Source of the DNA: Phyllobates terribilis
Taxonomy: Eukaryota
DNA: 57,504 nucleotides
Direction of reading: 5' to 3'
Assembly (NCBI RefSeq): GCF_046119375.1
Contig: NW_027367504.1
Span: 1-57,504, forward strand
The notes under the pieces were generated by a model that made no database searches, was not told where the DNA came from, and saw nothing but the letters and a program-made list of their open reading frames with translations. The position numbers and the translations under genes were made by a program. Of this stretch, positions 1 through 12,211 are shown piece by piece; position 1 is the stretch's first letter; the number at the start of each line of letters is the position of its first letter.

Positions 1-3000
1 CTTCACAATAAATGTACAATTTACTTAATGAACATTATTCCCTTCCTCTGTTACAAAAGAAGAAGAACCTTATGAGGCAATTTTGAGCAATAAAACAAAA
101 TCATTTTGGATTGTTCTGATCATTAAGCACTTGAAGACTACAAAATATTCACAACTGAGAGAATTCGATAGAACAAGCCAAATGAGAATTCCAATTATAT
201 TGATGACATACTTCTGATTCTTGCAAGCCATGGCTTCTTTCTCCTATCAACGGTGATGATGCATGTGGTGACAATGATGCCTCTCCATTTCCAAAGTTTC
301 AGGTTTGCTTTCTCATTGCCATCATGATGCCTTTTTCTAGGTTTCTCACACTTCTAATTTATTTGTAGTTGTCATGCTTTAGTTTTTCCATACACATAAT
401 TTGTTGATATTTTTCGTGTACATGTTACTTGCTTGTGAAATTTTCTACTAGCATCTCTAATCTGTATTAACCAAATAAACATTGTTTGGTGAATGCATGG
501 AGAACACTGAGCAAGAGAAGAAAGAATTTGAGAGAAATCTTGAGTTTAACAGAATAGATTCTAGGGATCTTTTCTTACTAAAGATCAAGCTAATCAATTC
601 AATTTCGTTGTACAACTAGTTTTATATCAAAATTCTCTTTTTCAGTGTCTTATGGTTCTTTGTGTTTGTCAGATGATGATGTTGATTATAGTATCTCACC
701 CCGCTCATACAGGGAATATGCAGGTATATAATTTTTGTTTGAATTCTTGTTATAAAAAATTTGAGTTTCATCTCTCTCGTTTACTCTAGATATTACATCC
801 TTCTATTGTGATGCACGCCTCTTTGCCTTCTAAACCATAATTCAAAATTTACTTAGACAATAATTATAATAATTAACAAATCATTGTTAATTCTTATATT
901 TAATTTAATGTGATAAATGAAGATATGTATAACATCCCTTTGACCTTCAACCTTCCTCCACCATCGTTTATCTTTCAGTCATTAACTACATTCAATGATC
1001 ATCATTCCATACATTGAGTGCTACATCTAACTTTTTCCCTCCCTTAGAAATAAACTCTAATTAACATACATCATCAATCACTATAAGTTACCATCTAACT
1101 TGCCCTCTACCTATAGAGTTTTTTATCTTTAATATAAAAAAATGACTTATCAACCAATATAAATAAGGCACCAAGCTACCACCTGATTATTTACAAGAAA
1201 TATCCACAATAAAAATAAAGCCATGAAGTTGATTATTGCTTCAACCTATATCATACACATCAGTATGAAACTTTCCTCCACAATGGTGAAAACAATCGTC
1301 TCTTATAAGCCTTGAGCATATGATTGAGGTGTTGTTAGAAAAGAAAAGGTACTAAACTATCCAAAAAAGATAAAACAAACACATATGCGAATGCTTAAAT
1401 ACAAATGGTTTTTTGCACTCTTTATTACTCTACATGCCAATATTTACATTACACATTAGAATCTAGCACACATTTTTCTACACATCTTAGGTTGCTATCA
1501 AGATACATTTTGCAACAAACGTATATATCTCATAATTTGACTTATACATTACCTCTTTCAACTAAATTGAATCGGAGATCTTGCACTAAATGAATCCAAG
1601 TATCTCACTGGTGAATTTAATTTCTTGCTATAAATCAATGAGTATTTTCATAATATTTCAACTTTGGACTAGAAAAAAATAAACATCGAATAGATTTAAT
1701 CTCAGCATTCACAGCTAGCTTTATTATTTTTAGAAGGTAGCAATATTACAAATCACAAATTATGAATGAACAAACAATGCTAAAATGATTAAATATTTTT
1801 ATTACAAATCGGATTGTTTATTTAGAACATATAAAGTACTTACCTATTGACTTGATGGACTCGCATGTTTTTGTTGCTGCATTGAGTGAAGAGGTAGCAA
1901 AAATGGGCATCCTCTTTTTTAGCAAGGATCGAAGCCGTCTTTCACTATTTCTGCACGGTCAACTTTCTCAAGTTTTTTATTTGTGTTACTTATATATAAC
2001 ACAATCATGTTTCTCAAGTGTTCCAGTTGTTTCTCTAGATACAACACAACCATTAGGTCAATGTAAGACAAGAACATATGTATTGATCGGCAGAAAGAGC
2101 ATAAAATAATATTTGTATCTTCTGATGAGTTTCAGGATATACAGTTCATGGAAACAAATTCTAACCTATCTAGTGTATCACATATACAAATTCATAGGTA
2201 TAATATGTCCAAAAACTTTTAAGCTACACTTAGGCAGTGTGGATCTTCTGTAGTATAGTAAGCAACAAAATGGTGTAACCCCTAAAATAAATATTAAATC
2301 ATTAAAATAAAAAATTAATAGCTAATACTTAGCCCTTTACCATATCGTACTTTCTTGATTTTTCTAGACGATTGAATTCTCAAATCAAACTATGATCCGA
2401 GTCACAAATTTTTTTGGGTAAATGTTCTTAGTCGCAATTGGATTAAAAGTATATGAGGTTGTATTGTAATCATCTATTATTCACTACTAATTGAGATTAA
2501 ATGACAAACAAATCCCGTTACAACTTTCGCTTATCTATAACCAGTGACATTGAATCTGATCCATAACCCTTCATATTCTCCAATCTACCACTCTTGTGTG
2601 GGATTGATTGGAAAAAGTTATAAAGCAAATACTGGAAAGTAACTACTTGCAATTACTACTTAGTTTCAGAATTTGATCCATAGAAAGATGTCACTATGTC
2701 ACTTCATTTGTAGCAGACCTCTACAATTTGCTGAATTTATCATCTAATGATATTATTATTGGTTTTATGAAATAGTAAAGATCAATCTATACGCCGAAAG
2801 TTGTCTAGGCAGAAGAACAATTTGAGTACCAATATGGTAGAACAATCAATATCATTAGTGCTAAAAAATTACTGAATTAAACTTGAAAAGAAAAGTTTCC
2901 AAGTCTTTCTATTTCAGGTATTCTAAAAAGTTCTTCCCATATTCCAAATCAAGAAATATTCCACCATAATTTTATCTTCTTCCAACATAATATCACTACT

Positions 3001-3545
3001 CTAAATAATTTATCTTCACCCAACACTAGTAATTCTCTTCTTTTTTCTATGTCTCTTCACCCAACACACTTATCTTTATCCAACACACTTCATCTATTTC
3101 TCTTTCCTCCTTTTAACCTCTAAATATCATACATTTTCACCGCCTTAAATCCCACAAAAAATGAAAATTAGTGTTATAATATGAGACAGGTGGAGCTATT
3201 TATTTGTGGAAAAAAATAAAGGTATGAACTTTTTATTTTTAATAATTGAAAATTAACACATGTCAATCATTCACTGGATTCTACATAACTTGTTGTGTAT
3301 CTTGCATTAGAAGATCCAAACTAACACCCAGCAAAGTGACAAATGGAAAGATATTCCTCTAAAAATAGTTCTTTATCTAACAAAATCTTCTTTTAGTAGT
3401 TAATTTTTTACGTAAGGCGTTAAATGTTTCAAGGAAGCTATTTTACATATTTTCAACATGGTTATATGACAGGGTAAAGTTCAATCAAACTGAGCTGTCG
3501 CAATTAATGTACAATCCATATAAGATCGCAAACCTTGAATAAAAG

Positions 3546-3576
3546 CTCGTGCGACTCACGGGCATTATCAGCCTAG
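3546..3576 (+). mobile_element. Helitron 3' terminus (hairpin + CTAG); 5' end not located
   Basis: ctcgtg-cgact-cacggg hairpin (3546-3562), 10 nt spacer, CTAG (3573-3576) followed by T. This is the canonical Helitron 3' signature and resembles the other cccgtgc..gcacggg hairpins in the window. Confidence 0.6.
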
Positions 3577-5379
3577 TTAATAAAAAACAACGAAGTATTA
3601 ATTATGAGGAGAAAGAAACCATTGACAGGTTGGTCATTTTCATTCAATTCAATATCAGACAATCAATATGTTCCTACTTCTATATGAAGCGTAAAATAGA
3701 GCATATACCAAATAATTAAGCACCATGAACGCATGTGGTTCAATGAAATGGAAGCATTAAAAATGAAGTACCAGGATGTGGGCATGAGCAACTAGTCCTA
3801 TAAATCAATTCTCTACACATCAAATAGTACAAACAAATAATAATAATAAGGTATGCTTGCTTCTAAGGCATATAAAGTAGTGAAGGTACAATCTATCCTT
3901 GCAAAGGGATTCAATCAACACAAATCATAGTTAGCCAAACTAGAAAATATGCAAATTCACCCTAATCAATTAATTAAAGAGAATAGATATCAAGATTAAG
4001 AATAGTATATATGATTTGCAAATATTTATAACAATAAAATGATATTAAATGATAAATTAAAATCTCAACATAATAAAATTATATGATAAAATGATAAATT
4101 AAATTAGATATATTTTTAATATATATAATTTAAAGTGATATATATATATTAAAATGTGTTTGGTATGTTACGATAAATAAAAAAATTATATATATTAAAA
4201 ACATGTCAATTAAATTAATCCGTTAAATTAAGAATCGTATATATGATTTGCAATTCTTTAAAATAGCAAAAGTTATCAATATGTATGAAATAAAATTGAT
4301 AAAATAAAAAATATCAAGATTATGATGATAATGCAACTCTAATAATATAGACATATAATAGAATTACTAAAATACTAGCGCTTAGTTAAAACAATTTGAA
4401 TACTAAAATCATGTTAAAAAATCTGTATATATATATATATATTTAGGGAGAAAATATCCACAAAACTACCATCTTAATCAATATAGAGATGTTAAAGAGA
4501 TCATGTTTGCATCATTAGGATTTGAGTTGAATTGAATTGAAGTCCGGTTGATCATTCATCAATTTTTTCAAATTAAAACATGTTGAATTACGGTCGGACT
4601 CTGCCATATACGGGTAGCCCAAACTTATCGATATTACCAAAACTAGTTTCTTTATACTATATTTATCACCGGATACTATTATAATTGAATACATATGAAG
4701 CACGGCGAAAGTGCTAGTTGTTTAGAATGTTTAACTGGATCATTTAGTTTAGAATGTTGGACGAAGATGGTGAAAATTAGTGTTTTCTAAAGGTGGTTAG
4801 AAAATTAGTGAAAGAGAGAAAAAGAAACAGTGTAACTTAAAGATGCTATAACTTTTGAGGAGAGAAATAAACTTGACAATTACGTGTAAATAATAAGAGA
4901 AAAAAGATAATATTGTAATATTATCATGGAGGGTGATAATGTATTCATACCATTAAACAAATCTGGCATGCGTCATAACAGGTTTTTACGATTGAATACA
5001 TATTCGTGTATTGATGTCCACTTTTGTAGGTATTCATATTTTCGCTTACCTGAATAGAGTTTCAGGATGACAATTCTGCCATATTCATCATGCTTTAGGG
5101 CGTTGATTCACCATTTTTTTGAAATTTAGCATCATCCATTAGGAAGACACACTCCAATGTTAACTTTGTATCAAAAAATTTTGACTAAAATAAAAATGAT
5201 ACAAATTTTAGACGTCGATAAAAATGGACAATCATTGAATTGAGGGGTAGTAAGTTAGGACAATTGATAAGCACACTATAATATTAAAGTTATTCGAACA
5301 CCATTCATTTGACGTGGGTTGCGTGGGTTGTGGATCACTATCTTCATTTGTTAATGATCTGAACGATAAAATTACACGT

Positions 5380-5571
5380 TGTTAAGCTAATGAATTGATG
5401 ATAAAATGCTATATGTATATTCAATTGAGAGATGGTTCTTATAGAATTTACATGTTTTTAAATCAGGAAAACAATTCTAAAAATTCTCTAACAAATCTTA
5501 TCTTTCCTTAGAGAGAAGATATGCTACTGATTTGATTTTTTGAAATATGGAAAGAAAATATATGGTTTATA
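5380..5571 (-). repeat. 3' LTR of Copia-1 (192 bp)
   Basis: Direct repeat of 9762-9954; abuts the PPT-like ccccctgcaacctc (5572-5585). Confidence 0.93.
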
Positions 5572-5637
5572 CCCCCTGCAACCTCAACGGGACGGACGAA
5601 CTAGGAGGCGGTGCCGGAGAGATTGAAAACGTGATGA

Positions 5638-8600
5638 TCACACTGCCTTGGTGAAGATGTCAGCTACTTGATCATTAGCGCGAACACGTCGAACCACGAG
5701 ATCTCCTGCCTGAACTTGCTCGCGCACAAAATGGTAGTCAAGCTTGATGTGCTTGGAGCGTTGATGGAAGACTGGATTGGCCGTGAGAAAGGTTGCGTTG
5801 AGGTTGTCACAAAGGAGGATTGGAGGACCGGTGACAGGAACCTTCATCTCGCCAAGTAGCTGCTGGATCCACATTAGTTCTGCCGCGGCAAAAGCGATAG
5901 CACAATACTCCGCTTCTGTGCTGGAGCGGGCCACGACCTTCTGTTTTCGAGAGGACCAGCTGATCAGATTGTCGCCGTAGTAGATGGAGAAGACGTGTTG
6001 GGAACGGCAGTCGTCGGGGTCCGAAGTCCAGCCGGCATCGGTGAAGGTGACGAGCCGCGTGTCTGTTGCTTTGCCGAAGACCAAGCCATGAGAAGCGGTG
6101 CCTTTGAGATAGCGCATGATGCGTTTGACAGCAGCCTAGTGAAGCTCAGTTGGGTTATGCATATATTGACAGACGCGGTTGACTGCGTACGAGATCTCCG
6201 GACGGGTAATTATAGCATATTGAAGAGCACCGACAATGCTGCGATATTTGTGTGGATCAGAGAACGGGTCACCGGCTTGGACAAGGCGAGAAGCTGGTTT
6301 TGCAGGCAACGCAATGGGCATTGCACCAGACATGCCACAACGGTGTAAGATGTTGTAGATGTATTTCTGCTGGGATAGGTGAATGCCAGTGGAATGGCGC
6401 TGCACTTCGATCCCAAGAAAGAATCGGAGATCACCGAGGTCTTTGAGTGAGAAGGATGTGTTGAGACGACGGATGAAGTCTTCGATGAAGGCAGAGCCGA
6501 ACCCGGTGATAATAAGGTCGTCGACGTACACTAGAACATATGTGGTGGAGGAGGTGGTGCGTCGGATGAACATAGAGGTGTCGGAATGACAAGAGATGAA
6601 GCCGTGATGTAGGAGACATTGCTGAAGCTTGTGAAACCACATCCGAGGCGCCTGTTTGAGCCCATAGAGAGCCTTTCGAAGACGACAGACGTGAGATGGG
6701 AAGGCATTGGAGACGAAGCCTTGCGGTTGATCCATGAACATGGTTTCGATGAGGTCGTCGTTGAGGAAGGCATTGTTGACATGCACTTGTCATAGCGGCC
6801 AGCCATGGGAGACCGCAACACTAAAACAACGCGAATGGAAGTGGGTTTGACGACGGGGCTAAATGTGTCAAAGTAGTCAACTCCTTCCTCTTGATGAAAC
6901 CCCTTTGCGACAAGACGAGCTTTATATCTATCCACTGAGCCATCGGGGTTCGTCTTGATCCTGTAAACCCACTTACAACCAACCACATTAGTACCAACGG
7001 GCCGGGGAACAAGGTCTCAAGTCCAATTACGCAATAGAGCATCATATTCTAACTGCATCGCATGTTGCCATTTGGGATTTTTAGTGGCATGAATAAAGAG
7101 TTTAGGTGCAATTGTGGAAGGATCATCAGCAGGTGGAGGATATTTAGTGGTGATAAAAGTTTTGGGTTTGAGATTACCTGTACGGGAGCGGACTACCACC
7201 GAATGTTCGGAACTCGGAGCCGAACGAAAATAAGAGGGAGCTCCCGGGTATGTGGGTGGTGGTGCAGATGAGGGGGTTGGTGGGTTGTGGTTGTGGAGGG
7301 GGTGCGTCGGTAGCTGGGACGGGTCAGTGGGTGGTGAGGATGGCGGAGCCGGTAAGGATGGCGGGGATAGGGTGATGGCGTATGCAAGCTGGAGAGGGAC
7401 GGTGGAAGTGGGAAGAGGCGCAACATTCTGGTTCCGAGAGTGGTCGGTAGCAGAGTTTGGGAAACGCGTCTCATCAAACATGGCGTGGCGAACAATGTAT
7501 ATTTGGAGGTAGGTATGTGGTAGCATGAGTACCCTTTGTGTTTGGGGCTGTAGCCGATGAATATGCAAGGGACGGATCGAAATTCGAGCTTCGTTTTGGT
7601 GTAAGGACGGATGAAGGGAAAGCACAGGCAGCCGAACAACTTCATAAATCCATAGTCGGGGACACGGTTGTAGAGCTTCTCGAAGGGTGATGTGAAACCG
7701 AGAGTGGGGGTGATCGTGCGGTTGTTGGCGTAAACTGCGGTGTGAAAGGCGTGTGCCCAGAATTTGAGGGGGAGATTTGAGTGGGCGAGTAGGGTAGGCC
7801 TTTTTCAGTGATGGTTCGGTTTAGTGGCTCAGCGGATCCGTTTTGTTCGGGAGTATATGGGCAAGAGACTCGGTGTTGAATACCGAGAGTGGTGAGCAAG
7901 GTAGAGACGGAGCGATATTCCCCGCCCCAGTCGGTTTGCAAGGCTTTTATTTTGGTGGAAAATGGGGTTTCAATCATTTGTTTGAATTGCATGAACATAG
8001 GATAAACTTGGGATTTATTAGATAAAAAATATATCCAAATGAACTTGGTGCAATCATCAATAAAGGAAACATAATAGCCATCACCATTTAACGAAAGACA
8101 CGAAGCCGGTCCCCATACATCGGAGTGGACTAAGGCAAAAGGTGTTGTGGACGTTTGTTGGCGACGCGGAAGAGGTTGTCGGTGGCATTTTCCAAGTTGA
8201 CACGAGGAGCAAATCTGCGACAAGTTATTTGAGGAGGTAGGAAGGGAACAAGCGGAAGCAAGATGACGTAGTACAGACTCATGGGGATGAGCAAGACAGT
8301 GGTGCCAGCATTGTAAGGTGGTTCGTTCGCCAAGGTAAGCACGGGGAGGAGGGTGGTCGGTGGTTGTAGGCTTCAATGGTGGGATGGGAAGCCGGTAGAG
8401 GCCATTTTTAAGAGCCCCTCTTAGTAACGTCTGACCCTGAAGATCCTTCACAAGACAATGATAAGGGTGAAGTTCAAGATATAAGTTATTGTCACGGCAT
8501 AGTTTTGATGCAGAGATTAGATTTTTGTGAATTTGGGGAACAAATAGGACATGCTGTAGGTTTATGTGTTTAGACAAAACATTTGATACAGGAAGAATAG

Positions 8601-9731
8601 AACGAGCTATATGCGAAATGGGAAGAGATGTACCGTTACCGATCAACATGCCATCGTTACCGTCATAGGAGTGATTGATGGATAGGCGCCCCTAGGTCAT
8701 TGGTGACATGGTGCGTCGCGCCGGAGTCCAGAACCCAGGGATCGTGAAGGCTGGAGGGAGAGGACTCGGCCAGATATGCAGACGCAGTGGACTGTGGCTG
8801 CAGATGCGAGGAGTGCTGATGCGGAGCTGGACCGTTGGCAGATGCATTGGCGCGGCGAGTTGGGGGGTAGGCGGTGACATTGTGTCGTTGATAGCAATTC
8901 CGCGCCTCATGACCAACTTTGGAGCAGATCTGACACTTGGGGCGTGAAGATTCACGCGATGGTTGACCGGCAGTGGAGGAGTTGTTGTTGTTGCGGCAAC
9001 CGCGCCAGGCGACGTTTGCTTCCGGAACCACAGATTGAAGGGCAGTGGCTTCCTCTTCTAGTCGTTGTTCCTCTTGGGAGGAGAAGGTTGAGGAGATCAT
9101 CAGATGTTAGAGCACCGCTGTGGAGGCTGAGCGCGGAACGGAACGACCCATAAGCAGGGCCGAGACCATAGACAATAAAGGTCACCAAGTCGGAATCGGG
9201 AATGACAACAAGGCATTCAAGTAGACTATCCGCAATAGCACGCTTCTTTTCAAAGTAATCAAGAATTGTAGACGAACCTTTTTGAAGCGTCTGAAGTTTC
9301 TGGCGGAGGTGCATCTGGCGAGCATTTGTTTGAGTGTGAAACATCCGTTCCAAGATGGTCCAAGCCTCATGCGATGTGGTGGCTCTGGCGACGAGACCTA
9401 GGAGCGATGTGCTGATAGTGGAGCGGATCCAGACAAAAACCAGACGGTCCTTACGAACCCAGGCAGTTGAATCTGGGTTAACGATGGTGTGGGCTGCGAC
9501 ATCGGCGGTTGCAGCGCCCATGATTTCACGAGGAGGCGCGGCGTTCGGGACAAGACAGGGGTCAAGTTCATAGGCTTCAAGAGCCGAACGAATGGTGCCG
9601 CGTCACAAGGAGTAATTTGCGCGTTCCAATCGGAGGTGAATCTTTGGAAGCTGGATTATAGGGCCGGCGTTGGAGGTTGCAGCCATGGCCAAGACTTGAG
9701 CGGATGAAGCCGAATCGGGTGGGGTAGACAT
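5638..9731 (-). pseudogene. Copia gag-pol polyprotein, disrupted by frameshifts and stops
   Basis: Gag (NYSL-stop at a Trp position, 9603), zinc knuckle CQICSKVGHEARNC, protease WVLDSGATHH, integrase VHSDVWGP and [32 protein letters not shown], RNase H SWSSRKQKVVARSSTEAEY and ADIFTKA, spread over several ORFs. Confidence 0.95.
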
Positions 9732-9761
9732 GAACAGGATCGGTGTTTTAGGCTGATACCA

Positions 9762-9954
9762 TGTTAAGTTAATGAATTGATGATAAAATGCTATATGTAT
9801 ATTCAATTGAGAGATGGTTCTTATAGAATTTACATGTCTTTAAATCAGGAAAATAATCCCTATAAATCATCTAACAAATCTTATCTTTCCTTAGAGAGAA
9901 GATATGTTACTGATTTGATTTTTTGAAATATGGAAAGAAAATATATAATTTATA
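9762..9954 (-). repeat. 5' LTR of Copia-1 (193 bp)
   Basis: Direct repeat of 5380-5571; tRNA-iMet PBS immediately adjacent at 9751-9761. Confidence 0.93.
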
Positions 9955-10069
9955 TACGTATATTACAAAACTGGGTTGGAAAAAACCTATCCAAAAACAG
10001 TGGCCAACGTAAAAAAGTTAACACTTCTATGATGTGCTCGACAAATTAATGAGAATGCGAACTATGTCT

Positions 10070-10350
10070 GAAACTGACTAATTATCATTTCACGTGAACC
10101 AATATAATATACACAGAGCGGGCGCATGTTCAAGTATTCCGTGTGTTTGGTTTGATCGATGACCTATTACCAAGTCAAAACATAGAATATACATTAAGAT
10201 AGTCCTAGCCAACACAGAACCGTTTGAATTTTCATTATTTTAATTCACAGTCAACGTTTTTGACACACGACTGTCAATTTCATCATCGCATTCATAAGAC
10301 TCCCAAGCATTATATATACACGACCCCTCACAGCAAAAAATTATAAACAT
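10070..10350 (+). promoter_or_regulatory. Probable proximal promoter of the secreted-peptide gene: W-box cluster, G-box, TATA-like boxes
   Basis: AGTCAA (reverse TTGACT W-box) at 10173 and 10249, TTGAC at 10259, further TGAC cores near 10074, 10160 and 10272, CACGTG at 10091, TATATATA at 10311 and TATAAA at 10342. Confidence 0.55.
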
Positions 10351-10431
10351 CCAATTCAACCTACTAACTTACAACTTATTGTTGTGGCAATAATAAATTT
10401 GTTGGCCAATTCAAAAAGAGGAGATTTGAGT

Positions 10432-10674
10432 ATGAGTATTAGAAGGTGTACGATAGTAAGGGTGTGGGTTATGATCTTGTTGGCAGCGTGCATTTTTGTA
10501 TCCGAAGTGCGAGTTGGTGAAGCGATAAGACCACGGTTTGGTGGAGACGACGTAGTTCGGGAATGGCTGAGGGAATATGCGACGGTGTTGATGGAGTCGA
10601 TGCCGAGGGGGACAAAACCGCCGTCTAGTAGCTCGCCATGTTCCTTCATCCGCGGCGGCAAAGGCAAATGCTAG
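10432..10674 (+). CDS. Small secreted peptide precursor, CTNIP/SCREW-like phytocytokine (80 aa)
   Basis: Intact single-exon ORF from the ATG at 10432: hydrophobic signal peptide (RVWVMILLAACIFVSEVRVGEA-IRP), variable pro-region, and C-terminal SMPRGTKPPSSSSPCSFIRGGKGKC with two Cys, resembling the xLxRGxxPPSxxxPC...C pattern of the family. The ORF track start at 10384 is a GTG. Confidence 0.8.
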   Translation: MSIRRCTIVRVWVMILLAACIFVSEVRVGEAIRPRFGGDDVVREWLREYATVLMESMPRGTKPPSSSSPCSFIRGGKGKC

Positions 10675-11809
10675 CTGATTCGAATCATTCAGAGATCATT
10701 TTTTTGATCCATTCTTAGAATTTAGTAAAAATGACTCTTTTTTTTATTTTTTTATTAGGCTACTGTGTGAACGTGCATCGTTATCTAATTTTAGTTCATT
10801 AATTAGTGGCCCAGATCAAATGTAATAAAATGATATTAATATACCTGTACACATCAAGAAGTTTGGGATAGGTTCTTTTTTTTTGGTGCAAGATGGAAGA
10901 GTTATAGTGAAAAAAAATTGTAGTAGCAAAATTATGTATATTTTGAAAAGTATTCAAAGAAATGAAAAATATCCCAAATATTCCAACTCTTAATCGTAGA
11001 TAAAAATCTAATCACATCTTTAGGTCAACAAAAATGATACCATTTCTCAATGATCTACACTTTAATTTGAAAAGAAGGCAACAAGTTATGTTAGAGACTG
11101 TATAATAAAAATAATCTAGACAAAAGATTACTAAACTAAAGCATAGTGTTGTTAAAGAACGCACCTTATTTTTTACTTTTAAACACAGTATCACTTTCGA
11201 CGCTTTTTTTGGCAGAAACTGTCGGTTCCATTCTAAAAAATATTGTGGCTTCCAAACTGACCAGTACCGCCGGTTTGTGTACAGTCAGTACTGGCAGAAG
11301 CTACTTTGCTAGTACCCTCGGGAGACTTTATCTTCCAATTGGCATCCAATAATTAAATTTTGATAAAAAAAAAATTACAATATAACACATATATAGTCTA
11401 TTATATTATATTTTGATAAAAAAATGAGATGATTTACTAGCCTATAGCATTATCAAGATGATGTGATATACTAGCATATAACACTATTTTTGGCAACATA
11501 TTAATTGATGTTATTACTTATATAGCAAAAATGAGATGAATATTGAGGTTGATTCTTTGTCGATAACCAAGTTTCACTCCATTTTGGTTTTATATACCAC
11601 TATTTTTGGCAACGTAGTAAAAGTTACATTAAATTTAAGGTACATGAAGTCTATCAATGTAAGATTGAATATGGGGCATATGCGGAGCCATCAATTGTAA
11701 AGCCGATACTTCACGATGATATCCCCACATGTATGTAATTAGGGGGGGAATGGGCACTCGTCGTCAAGAAGAACCTAAAATACAGAAATAAAGTCGATTA
11801 GGATATATA

Positions 11810-12211
11810 TACTACTAGAAATCACGGTTTTATTGATGGACTTTAGCGGTGGATTTAATTTACGTCTTAAAAATCACATTTAGCAACGGATTTGGCGATG
11901 GACTGAACACAGTCGCCAAAAATGTGAAAAATATGGCGCCTAAAGTCCCACCAGATTAGCGATGGAAAATCCGTTGCTAATCCGTCTCTATTTATGGGGG
12001 CAAGCCCGGACTAAAAAAATTATTAGATTTAGCGACAGATTTGGCAATCTATCCCTAACTTAGAGAAATTATGCTTGATTTGCGAAGGATTTCACTGCGT
12101 AAGTTGATAATCAAGCTCCAACCATAGGATTGGTGATGGATTAGTTACAGTTGTCCAAATCTGTAGCAAATCCCTCTACCTTAGCAATCCGCTGGATTAG
12201 CGTAGGTTTAG
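11810..12211 (+). mobile_element. CACTA (En/Spm) left terminus with subterminal repeats (CACTA-1)
   Basis: tACTACTAGAAA at 11810 (one mismatch to CACTACTAGAAA), followed by many direct and inverted tagcgayggatt / atccgttgcta subterminal motifs up to about 12205. Confidence 0.75.

Larger units (their letters stand above)
5380..9954 (-). mobile_element. Full-length Ty1/Copia LTR retrotransposon (Ale/Retrofit-like), non-functional
   Basis: LTRs at 5380-5571 and 9762-9954 (about 11 differences in 193 bp by eye). TSD cacgt (5375-5379) / tacgt (9955-9959). PBS TGGTATCAGCC on the minus strand (9751-9761), purine tract next to the 3' LTR, gag-PR-INT-RT-RH order on the minus strand. Confidence 0.95.

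Noticed and set aside
4426-4443. (TA)n microsatellite (another at about 36080-36095)
   Set aside because: Ordinary simple repeat.
5668-9707. Many plus-strand and alternate-frame ORFs over Copia-1
   Set aside because: Shadow ORFs of a GC-rich gag-pol; no independent motifs.
10384-10431. N-terminal extension of the peptide ORF given by the ORF track
   Set aside because: It starts at GTG. The first ATG is at 10432 and puts the signal peptide at the N-terminus.
11250-11305. Short alternative hairpins (actgac/gtcagt, ccagtac/gtactgg) as a miRNA precursor
   Set aside because: Stems are too short and interrupted for a miRNA/miRNA* duplex.
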